A stretch of DNA of 63,194 nucleotides, filler included, from Pelomyxa schiedti (taxonomy: Eukaryota; Protista; Evosea), in NCBI GenBank assembly GCA_020536535.1. It is 7 parts of 7 records of this genome, joined end to end, with 100 filler letters (N's around TTAATTAATTAA, not from the genome) between each part and the next. Parts side by side here need not be neighbours in the genome. Positions count along the whole stretch, not along the records: positions 9,732 to 38,108 come from JAHLWZ010001022.1; positions 38,209 to 49,547 come from JAHLWZ010001240.1; 5 more parts are not named here. One strand, written 5' to 3'. The number at the start of each line of letters is the position of its first letter. Within the stretch, counting starts at the first letter, position 1. A program made the translations under genes and the position numbers. Shown here piece by piece: positions 37,349-46,437 of the stretch. The notes under the pieces were generated by a model that searched no databases, was not told the DNA's origin, and saw nothing but the letters and a program-made list of their open reading frames with translations.

Positions 37349-37833
37349 AGTTGTGTTCCCTTTGCTTGTCGTTGGTTGTTTTGGTTGGTGTCGATTGGTT
37401 TTTGTTTTTTGATTTGTGTGTTTAAACAGTTTCGGAAATTGCCCCTTTAAAAGGCGAAGTTTCTCTTAAAGGAGACGTGATGGAACCGGTCTCGAATGAG
37501 ATGGTGGTACAATTTGTTCGAAACGGTTTTTTGCAGTTTCCTCAGGACTGAGGATGAAGGCAGAAGAATGATGTTCTGGGCAACACCGGGTGATGAGTCC
37601 CAGACAGCTGCAAACCTCAGTGCCTCTCTTTGGGGCCAAACTTCAACAACATTCGGGGAATACGACCAAAAACCATTGTATTTAGGAGGGTTGCTCAGTC
37701 CTTGTAAGAGGCCCTGAACCGCTTTGTTTGTGGTTGCCGTGGAATAACAGCACTTGTGTTTGTGGTTCTGGCTGTGGATGAACTTGTGGTTGTTGCCCTA
37801 CTACCACGACACTGCGTCCTGGTGGTTGTGGTA

Positions 37834-37985
37834 CATATCTGGAGCCCAGGGGCGGTCATTTTACATAGAGGAAAAACCACAGGAAAATTGTAAAATGACC
37901 GCCCCATCGTTTTGAGGGCGGTCGTATGACAATAAAGAAAAAATTGTCAAATGACCGCCCCGGGGTGGTCATTTTACAATTTTTT
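37834..37985. repeat. Array of five copies of a 17-19-bp motif (GGGGCGGTCATTTTACA) in alternating orientation; candidate transposon end with subterminal repeats
   Basis: Copies at ca. 37849 (+), 37889 (-), 37916 (+, degenerate), 37943 (-) and 37962 (+); 37834-37881 is identical to 57475-57522. Confidence 0.75.
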
Positions 37986-38108
37986 CCTTCTAATCTCTTA
38001 ATTATTTTCTTCCTTCTGATCTTTGGCTAGTTGGGGATAGAACTATCTAATCGAGCCAGTACGATCACGGTGTTCTCGTCATCATTCTATTGTGGATTCA
38101 CAAACATG

Positions 38109-38208
38109 NNNNNNNNNNNNNNNNNNNNNNNNNNNNNNNNNNNNNNNNNNNNTTAATTAATTAANNNNNNNNNNNNNNNNNNNNNNNNNNNNNNNNNNNN
38201 NNNNNNNN
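38109..38208. other. Artificial contig linker
   Basis: 44 N + TTAATTAATTAA + 44 N. Confidence 0.95.
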
Positions 38209-38477
38209 ACCGACAGTACATTTCTGGAATCCCAGCAATGGAAATCTGGGACTGCAACGTGCCATCGCACCCACTGAGGGTTATTGAATGCAACATCAAG
38301 GACACCTGTGAGCAGATTTTGTTTGGGCACGCAGGGTTCCTGTTCCACCTCACTGGTGACAGAGTGGTTGTGAGTGACTGGGAGTCTGGCACAAAATTGG
38401 CCATACTCACATACAAGGGCAAGGACAAGAAGAGGTTCAAGAAGATGAGCCACACAAGGCTCTCCTTCTTGCTCTAA
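38209..38477 (+). CDS. HPRCG-family member, 3' fragment (5' part beyond the contig start)
   Basis: EIWDCNVPSHPLRVIECNIKDTCEQILFGHAGFLFHLTGDRVVVSDWESGTKLAILTY...RLSFLL*; nearly identical to the 3' end of 38559-40076. Confidence 0.85.
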
Positions 38478-38558
38478 AAGTTCCTTTTGAAATTTTCGCT
38501 CTCATCACTTCAAACAAAATTGCGATTCGTCTTGTTCGAAGAATCTGTTGTCACTGAC

Positions 38559-40076
38559 ATGCCCCTCGTTAAACAGAGGCGCAGAAAGGCCAAAAGCACT
38601 CCACACCAACACGCCAGCACCACGTCAACAACAACAACAACAACAACAGTATCGTCGTTTCCAGCACTGCCAGCGGCCCCCTCTTCGCCAACAACAGAAG
38701 CAACAACGTCAAATGCCTTACCTCTCGTTGGGAGGATTGTCGCCTTGCGCGGCGCCTCGGCACAGTTCCTCGCCCTTTGCATGCTCACCCACCCTCGCTG
38801 TGGTCGTTTCGGAACACGCACCGGCTACAACAACCAACGAGACGTGACCGATCAGCAGCAGCCTGGGCCGACTGAAGTAGAAGCACAAATTACACCGCCG
38901 TCGTCGCTTGGCGTGGGAATCAGGTTCGTGTGGGAGTGGGTGCTGAACGAGGGGCCTGTGAGGTGGTTCAATGTGTCGGTGGCGAGGCAGCACTTGGTCA
39001 GGGGGAAGCTCGATGAGGAGTGGGAGGTTCTGTTCACCGTCGGCGTGTCCGAGGCGATTATGGGCGTTGTGCCGCGCCGCGCGAGGAGCTTGGTGCGTGA
39101 CACCCACGGGGGGTGCACGAGGATCGTCGGGGCGAATGCCACTCGATTGGTTGAGTGGGTCCGTGAGAAGCCATCAAAGAAAGGGCTCCAACACACTTGG
39201 AACAACGACGGTATGATTCATTGTGTGAATCACAAGTGGTTGGTGGCCAGAGAGCTGGAGGGGTTATTCCCAGCACCCAAGGAAAAGGTTACTATTATCA
39301 ATCTGATGGGTCAACAGAAACCGGTTACGATTGTGAACCTGCAGCAGCAACTGCCGGCCTCGGCAAAGGTCATCCCGTGCATGAGAGGCATGCATGTGCT
39401 TGAGATGTTCATGGATGAGTATCGTTGTGATGAGGCACTGTTTATTGTTTCCACTGGTGATAGCAACGTTGTGCAAGCATACGTCGTGGATGTGGCAGAG
39501 CTGTGGTCTTCTGTGGACACATTCAGTCCAATCAGTTCAACATGCTGCTTAAATACCTCATACCCTGGTTTCCCACCTGACTCCCTCCGCAAGTGGTTGG
39601 TACTGCACACAGAATCAAATAAGCGGGCCTTTATAGTAACTGCACCTTATTGGAACTGCCATGCCTATGTTCTTCAGTATGCTGAATCACCAGATGATCC
39701 TGCCACTTCCCTTCACAACAGAGAAGCTCCTGTTCACTCAGCCCATTACGTGTGCCCCAGGTTGGAGCTGTCACAGTTGAGTGACAGGTTGTACTGTGTG
39801 TCAGCATGCAACCAGTTCATTTCTGGAATTCCAACATGTGAAATCTGGGACTGCAACGTGCCATCACACCCACTAAGGTTTGTTGAATGCAACACCAAGG
39901 ACACCTGTGAGCAGATTTTGTTTGGGCACGCAGGGTTCCTGTTCCACCTCACGGGTGACAGAGTGGTTGTGAGTGACTGGGAGTCTGGCACAAAATTGGC
40001 CATACTCACATACAAGGGCGAGGACAAGAAGAGGTTCAAGAAGATGAGCCACACAAGGCTCTCCTTCTTGCTCTAA
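38559..40076 (+). CDS. HPRCG-family protein (subfamily A), intronless, ~505 aa
   Basis: AQFLALCMLTHPRCG...IRFVWEWVLNE...LFTVGVS...NHKWLV...SQLSDRLYCV...EIWDCNVPSHPLR...GHAGFLFH...SFLL*. Confidence 0.85.
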   Translation: MPLVKQRRRKAKSTPHQHASTTSTTTTTTTVSSFPALPAAPSSPTTEATTSNALPLVGRIVALRGASAQFLALCMLTHPRCGRFGTRTGYNNQRDVTDQQQPGPTEVEAQITPPSSLGVGIRFVWEWVLNEGPVRWFNVSVARQHLVRGKLDEEWEVLFTVGVSEAIMGVVPRRARSLVRDTHGGCTRIVGANATRLVEWVREKPSKKGLQHTWNNDGMIHCVNHKWLVARELEGLFPAPKEKVTIINLMGQQKPVTIVNLQQQLPASAKVIPCMRGMHVLEMFMDEYRCDEALFIVSTGDSNVVQAYVVDVAELWSSVDTFSPISSTCCLNTSYPGFPPDSLRKWLVLHTESNKRAFIVTAPYWNCHAYVLQYAESPDDPATSLHNREAPVHSAHYVCPRLELSQLSDRLYCVSACNQFISGIPTCEIWDCNVPSHPLRFVECNTKDTCEQILFGHAGFLFHLTGDRVVVSDWESGTKLAILTYKGEDKKRFKKMSHTRLSFLL

Positions 40077-40111
40077 AAGTTTTTCACAATCACATCGAAC
40101 ATAACCAAAGT

Positions 40112-40205
40112 CCGTAATTCGTGGAACAGAGCACCAACCCATTCTCAAACACAACAAACCCATGAACACCGGGCTCCCAGTGATCACCCGCGTGGACCCA
40201 TCCTG
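40112..40205 (+). pseudogene. 5' stub of an HPRCG-family gene (upstream motif plus first ~14 codons)
   Basis: CCGTAATTCGTGGAACAGA (40112-40130) is identical to 46397-46415; MNTGLPVITRVDPS compares with MNTLQVVTRVYPS and SLPVVFRVDPS, after which homology stops. Confidence 0.7.
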
Positions 40206-40545
40206 TCAGCATCGTGAGGGAGTGGAACTGTTACAGACCGAATTGCCAGCCATGAACCCACGGGCAACAACAAGGAAAAAAAGAAAAGTGATTGATGGAG
40301 GTGTTGTAGTTGTAGTACTGGTACTGGTTACAATGATGATTTGATGTTGGTGTGTGTGAGTGTGTGAGTGTGTGAGTTGTGGGCACTGGTGGTGCAGAAA
40401 CATGCATGGTGACACGGCACTGGTGATGACTGTGGATGTGGATGTGGATGTGGATGTAACTGTGACACAGTCCGGCCCTGCATTGGTTGGTGATGATGGG
40501 GTTCTGTTGCTGCTTTTCGGAGGTTGCGCAACTGCGTGCGGTTCC

Positions 40546-42030
40546 AGATTTCGCGCTTGACAATTGGGGGGGGATTTAGAGCCCCAATGAGTTACACCCG
40601 CCCAAAGCCCTCCATTCTGCACCAGTAATCCACCCGCGGGGGGGGTTTCCAGCCGGTTGGGCCTCCGGCTGGAATGCGGGCAGCACTTGGTGAGAATGGA
40701 GGTGGGTGCAACTCATGTTGGGGGTGTGTGTCAAGACAATAATAGCGTGCGCAGGAGGATGTTCCGGGGAATCAGGGATCGTGAAATTGATTTCGTTGTT
40801 GTCAAAAAAAACTGTTGATTGTGAGTTTGGGGAGAAAAAGTACAAAGGTCTTCATACAGTATTTGGCCGGAGTCCGAACTTGGAATAAAATCACCCGGAG
40901 CAGCATGAATTTCGGATGGCCAAAGTGGCAGAGTCCGGGCCTGATTTGCTTGAATTTTGGTTGGGTTGATTGGGGCTGTTGCAGCATTGGGGGTGCTGCT
41001 GTGGAGCCGGGCGGAATTTGCCTCTGACGACGACCTCTGGACCACTCATGGATTGCGCACAGTCACAAATTTCGAGCTTGACAATTGGGGGATTTAGAGT
41101 GTGACACCCGCCCAAAGCCCTCCATTCCGCACCAGTAATCCACCCGCGTAGTTTCCAGCCGGTTGGGCCTCCGGCTGGGATGCGGGCAGCACTTGGTGAG
41201 AATGGAGGTGGGTGTGACTCAAATTGGGTGTGTGTCAAGACGATAATAGCGTGTGCAGGAGGATGTTCCGGAGAAACAGGGATCGTGAAATTGATTTCGT
41301 TGTTGTAAAAAAAAACTGTTGATTGTGAGTTTGGGGAGAAAAAGTAATACATAAGGTACCTTCATACAGTATTTGGCCATGATTTCTTCATTCATGTGAT
41401 ATGGAGCATGGATTTTGGATAAAGCAGCCAAAGTGGCGTAGTCCGGGCCTGATTTGCTTGAATTTTGGTTGGGTTGGGATGATTGGGGCTGTTGCAGCAT
41501 TGGGGGTGTTGTTGTGGAACCAGGGGGGATTTGCCTCTGACGACGACCTCTGGGCCACTCATGGATTGGCAAACACACCAGTCCCAAAATTCGCGCGCGC
41601 TTTACAATTGGGGGGGATTTAGAGTGTGACACCCGCCCAAAGCCCTCCATTCCACACCAGTAATCCACCCGCGGGGGGGTTTCCAGCCGGTTGGGCCTCC
41701 GGCTGGGATGCGGGCAGCACTTGGTGGGAATGGAGGTGGGTGTGACTCAAATTGGGGGGGGTGTGTCAAGCGCCGCTCTTGGGGATTGTGCATGTATATA
41801 TATAGTGTGGCCGCCGCTTCTCAGCCGGCCTAGTTAGTACTAGGCATACTTGGGTTGTTGAGGCGTGTGTGTGTGTGTGTGTGGGCAATTTTTGTTGTTC
41901 AGCAGATAATCTCGGGTATATATATATATGCTCAGCAGTCGTGAACTTCACTCGCGATGTCAAAAAAAAACCAACCTGTTTGATTGTGAATTTGAGGGGA
42001 AAAAGTAATACACAGGTATTCATACAGTGG
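40546..42030. repeat. Tandem repeat of ~520-bp units (copies start ca. 40546, 41067, 41586; the third is interrupted or degenerate), each with a 120-140-nt imperfect hairpin
   Basis: Unit motifs recur at ~520-bp spacing (acaattggggg...acacccgcccaaagccctccattc...ccagccggttgggcctccggctgg...gaatggaggtgggtg); indels between copies break the reading frames. Confidence 0.9.
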
Positions 42031-42841
42031 TTGAACATCTTTGCAGACTGGGGGTGTTGTTGGATAAGATAATTCTGCGGATATTCACATCAATCATCAC
42101 AAACCGCACTCGAAAAATGACCCCCTTTTGTAGCATGACTAGGTAATATGCTCTTGCTCTGGAATCATCTATAGATGATGATGATGATGATGATGATGCT
42201 GGCAGGTGTTTTGCTGGGGCAAGAGTCCCCCGCACTCGGCGTGGTGCGGAACGTGGGATATCTATTCTCAGCAATCACAGGAGGTAGGATGTGGTTGTGG
42301 TGGTAGTTTTGTACGCATGTTGTGGTTGTGGTGGTGGTTGTGGTGGTACAGGTGATGGTTTTACAGTAATGGGTATGAGTGAGGGCTCCTTAGTGGAAGG
42401 GTCCCCCCACAAGCTTGGGGATCCAGGGCTCCGGTGTCATCTCCTCGTCACCATCCGTCGTCCAAAGGGGCATTGGATCATCAAATATCAGATCTTCCCA
42501 AAGAGGGATCGGAGTGGAGGGAATCCCAGTGGAATAAACCGGGAAGTTGGGAACAACAATCGGAGCAGGAAGGTGACTAAGCGGTCCGCTTTCCCTCGCA
42601 GTGAATGGTGTCATGTTGGAATGCTGCGTCGTCGTCGTCGTAGGCGGCGGCGTCGTTGGTGGTGGTGGTTGTGGTGGTCGTGTCCTATTGGTTCTTCTGT
42701 TCTGGTGGGACTTGGGCCTGAGCATGAATGTTCCCTTGTGATTGGCAGCAGCACCCACACTTGAAGCTTGGTGGTGTTGCGCGGAGGGAATTGCTGGTGT
42801 TGGTGCTGGTGGTGGTTGTGGTTGTTGCGTAGTCTGCCCCG

Positions 42842-44043
42842 CTACTCGGTCTGGCTGTGACTGTGACTGTGACTGTGACTGTGACTGTGACTGTGACTGT
42901 GACTGTGACTGTGACTGTGACTGAGGCTGCGGCTGCGGCTGCGGCTGTTGCGACATCGTTGTCGTTGCACTGAGGCCACAGTAATAACCGGGTCAGTCAG
43001 TACGCTCAGGGGAGCCCCCGGCGGGCCCGGCCGTGACAACGCAGCTGACCTGAGCAGCTGGCAGCTCTGGAAAAGTCGGATGCGCTCTGCTCTGAGAGTC
43101 TCTCTCTCAGTCTCAGCGGCAGTGGGGGCCCGACGAGGATGGAGATGGGCTGCAAGGGGGCCGCCGCCGGCAGCACGGGCAGACGCAGAGGCAGACGCAG
43201 ACGCATACGGAGACGCAGGGTGGCCGGAAGCGGCGGGGGAGGCGGCGGAGGAAGAAGAATCAGCAGCACGGGGGTGCGCGGGGTCATACTGGTCTTCATA
43301 TGGCCCCCCCTCGGTGGGTCGCTGTCGAGCACGCACCGTGCGGAGGCGGATGCGCCTCCCGGTGTCATCTGCCTCGTAAGACGTGTATCTGACGCAGTAG
43401 AGGTCTCTGGTACGGAGCGCGTGAGGCGGAACGTCCACAGCCGGCAGGAAGATCCACCACGGGTTGGCAGCAGCAGTAGCCTCGCTGACGTCGTTGTACA
43501 ACACGCCCGGTCCAAACACTTGCTGTGTTGTTCAACGACGAAGTTAGGGGAAAATCAAAAGAGTGAATTACATAAAACACAGCACAACACAACACACACC
43601 TCCTGGATATCAGTGACGGTGGGTGCGACAGTGTCCTTGGCAATGAGGAAAAGATCCCCAGGACAGTTGTCCAGATCTAACGAATTACCTGGAACGCAGA
43701 ACGTAGGATCAGCCCTGGACAACCAGTAGATCCCCGTGTCGGGCAAGTGCCTCCACCAGGCGTACGCCGGAGGAGGAGAAGGAGAAGGAGAAGGAGAAGG
43801 AGAAGCGACGGCGAGCTGCTCCTCGTCGCTGCGAGCCCACGACGACGAGGACGAGGAGGAGGAGGGGGAGGATGACGACGACCAGGACCCGGCGGCGGCG
43901 GGGGAGCCTTCGTGCTCGTGGTAGTAGTGGTGGTAGCCCGGCGTCATAGTAGTACTCGTCGTGGTCCTCGTGGAGCTCTCGTGACCACCGTGATCGTCGT
44001 GAAAGGAGGAGGAGGAGGAGGCCCCGGCGGGCGTCGTCGGCAT
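42842..44043 (-). CDS. Hypothetical protein with low-complexity termini and a ~130-aa globular core (one intron ca. 43523-43600)
   Basis: AYAWWRHLPDTGIYWLSRADPTFCVPGNSLDLDNCPGDLFLIAKDTVAPTVTDIQE|QVFGPGVLYND...PWWIFLPAV...RDLYCVRYTSYE...RIRLRTVRA; start and end uncertain; the Q/P-rich ORF 42390-42956 lies immediately downstream. Confidence 0.45.
42857..42922 (+). repeat. (GTGACT)n hexanucleotide microsatellite
   Basis: Directly visible run of gtgact units. Confidence 0.9.
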
Positions 44044-44656
44044 CGGCACGCGGCGGGGCTGGGGCAGCGGACTGGGAGGAGGGAGACGGCGACGCTGGGC
44101 GGAAACGGCGCCACTGCACGAGAGGGGGGGGCAAAGGTTAGCGTTGACGCTCGAGGGAGCGAGGGGGGCGGCGAAGACAACAAAAAGAAAGAAAGCGGGA
44201 GGGGAGGGGGCTAGTTGCACATACGCGAGAGAAATGCCGGCAACGCACAAAGTAATTGCCATAGCGATCGTAACAGCTGCTATCATTTCGAACTGCTTGA
44301 TGGATAACTGTGTCGATGGACGGCAAAAAGCAAACTCGGTAAAACAACAAAAAAATGGTTTGGCCCCTTCAAATTCACCTTTTATAATCAACAAAAACCC
44401 AAAATTCACACAGTTGCAGCACGTAAAGATCTATTTGCACAGCCTGAGAGGTTACACCGCCCCAAAACAGCCTCGGCATCATTGGAAGAACCAATGCCCA
44501 GGAACCAAAACCCCCAATTGGGTCCAGGTAAATCTACCATTACTAATCACTTAGTAATCATCACTAAAGCTCTTACATGAAATCATCAACTCTGCTCTGA
44601 CATTGAGTGTCGCGCGGATTCCCCATCACCACATAAATGTATCTTCTTGCTTCCAG

Positions 44657-44745
44657 CAGTATCAACTCAACAACTCTGCAGGACCGGACATCCAGAAGCT
44701 GTCAGGATTCTGCTTGAACATCCAAACATTGATGTGAGCATCAAG
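44657..44745 (+). pseudogene. Isolated ankyrin-repeat exon or fragment
   Basis: LCRTGHPEAVRILLEHPNIDVSIK| matches the ankyrin consensus (xxxGHxEVVKLLLxxxxDVNxK), bounded by ttccag and gtatct; no intact gene around it. Confidence 0.5.
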
Positions 44746-44754
44746 GTATCTCCC

Positions 44755-44845
44755 TATCTTGTCCCGATTCTCAGACTGGTGCAAAAGTGGCAATGCTCAC
44801 CTGCAGGACTGAGGGCAAGATGATGCTCCCCACCGACCGCACTAC
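44755..44845 (+). pseudogene. 3' stub of an HPRCG-family gene
   Basis: 44775-44820 matches 47737-47782 at 44/46 nt (TGAKVAMLTCRTEGK). Confidence 0.75.
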
Positions 44846-44916
44846 TCTCCGGAACGACGATAATTAAAAACGAGTCACTAAAACCACAGCAAGAAGAGAT
44901 CGATTTCAGCGAAATC

Positions 44917-46317
44917 ATGGCAGCAACTAACGCCAGCCTCCCAGTGGTTTTTCGCGTGGACCCATCGCGGTCGGTCTCGTCACAGTTCCACTCCCTCACG
45001 ATGCTGGCACACCCGCGGTGCGGCCGCGGCCGACCCGGCGCCCGTGCTCTCGGCCGCGGCCGCTGCGTGCGCGGCCCCCTCGCCATCGCGGGGCCGTGGC
45101 TGGCCGTCGCCATCAAGCTCGTGTGGGACTGGGTCTGCAACGAGGCTCCGGTCCGGGTGGTCGACGTGAGGGTGTCAAGGGGCTGGGAGTACTCTCGAAG
45201 GCGCCGCCGGCCGGATACAGTGAGGGAGTTCGAGGGCCTGTTCACGATCGGGGTGTCAGATGCCACTCTTGGGCTGATGACGAGTGTCACCCGGCACTGG
45301 GTGCGCGACACCAACAAGGGGTTTGTGCGGTTGGTCGGGGCCACTGACAGGTTCTTCGTAGAGTGCACCAAGGAGCCGCACTCTCGCAAGTGGTACAGTG
45401 CGGGGAGCACGTACTTCAGTCAGAGGACACAAACTGCCCCAGGCACAGGTGGAAAGAGCGATTGCGGCAAGGTTTTGCTGGGGCAAGATGGGTTGAGCCG
45501 CTGCATGAATCACAAGTGGTTGGTGATCCAAGATACTGAGCAGGATTGGACTCACAGCGAAACTGTTGTTGCAATCGCAAACCTGACTGAGCAGCAGCTT
45601 TCACTCAAGTACATCCACAGTGTTGCAGATAAGCTCCTTATTGGAGTTTTCTTCGATGAGTGCAACTGCGATGAGGCGTTGTTCGTGTTTGAGGACCATG
45701 TCATCGCAGTGGTGTGTGTTGTCAACCTGCCACAGCTGTGGTCTTCTTCTCCTTCCGAACCCTTCAGTCCAATCAGCACCACACGCTGCGCGAGGCCAAA
45801 GTCTCACTCCTCTTTGGATTGGAGAGACCTAAACGAGTTGTTGGTGATGCACACAGAATCAAACAGGCGATCATTCATTGCCAGTGTTCCACATGGCTGG
45901 AAGAGGGATATCTTCGAAGTTCTTCGTTACATTGAATCGTCATCAGAGCCTGCGGCCACTCCACACAACGAGGAAGTGCTCAGCACATCCAAGTATGGGT
46001 CGCAAAGAAACCTGGAGCTGAGTCAGCTGAGTGAGAGGCTGTACTGTGTCTCTGCTCAAAACGAATTCATCTCAGGGGTAGGAGTTTTTGAAATCTGGGA
46101 CTGCAACATGCCATCACACCCTCTCAGAGTTGTTGAATGTGTCAAGGACACGGGCTGCAGGCAGATGATGTATGGCCATGCTGGGTTCCTGTTCCACATC
46201 AATGAAAATCGGATTCTCGTCACTGATTATCTCACTGGCGCAAAAGTGGCAATGCTCACTTGTCACAGTGAGAGTAAGAAGTTTGCCACCAACTACGCCA
46301 ATGTATCCTTTTTGTGA
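44917..46317 (+). CDS. HPRCG-family protein (subfamily A), intronless, 466 aa
   Basis: SQFHSLTMLAHPRCG...IKLVWDWVCNE...LFTIGVS...MNHKWLV...LELSQLSERLYCV...EIWDCNMPSHPLRVVEC...GHAGFLFH...VSFL*. Confidence 0.88.
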   Translation: MAATNASLPVVFRVDPSRSVSSQFHSLTMLAHPRCGRGRPGARALGRGRCVRGPLAIAGPWLAVAIKLVWDWVCNEAPVRVVDVRVSRGWEYSRRRRRPDTVREFEGLFTIGVSDATLGLMTSVTRHWVRDTNKGFVRLVGATDRFFVECTKEPHSRKWYSAGSTYFSQRTQTAPGTGGKSDCGKVLLGQDGLSRCMNHKWLVIQDTEQDWTHSETVVAIANLTEQQLSLKYIHSVADKLLIGVFFDECNCDEALFVFEDHVIAVVCVVNLPQLWSSSPSEPFSPISTTRCARPKSHSSLDWRDLNELLVMHTESNRRSFIASVPHGWKRDIFEVLRYIESSSEPAATPHNEEVLSTSKYGSQRNLELSQLSERLYCVSAQNEFISGVGVFEIWDCNMPSHPLRVVECVKDTGCRQMMYGHAGFLFHINENRILVTDYLTGAKVAMLTCHSESKKFATNYANVSFL

Positions 46318-46437
46318 ACCACAATTATGTACGTAAAAAACTCTGACAGCCCACATCAACACAACTTCAAACAAGTTCCAAAATCACACGTGTGAGCCGT
46401 AATTCGTGGAACAGAACCTGATGAAAACAACGAAGCC

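Noticed and set aside
40582-40723. HDV-like ribozyme, SRP RNA or spliceosomal snRNA identity for the hairpin unit
   Set aside because: The stems are simply nested, with no P1/P2/P3 pseudoknot order. There is no intact SRP helix-8 motif and no U1/U2/U4/U5/U6 signature; an AATTTTGG Sm-like site alone is insufficient.
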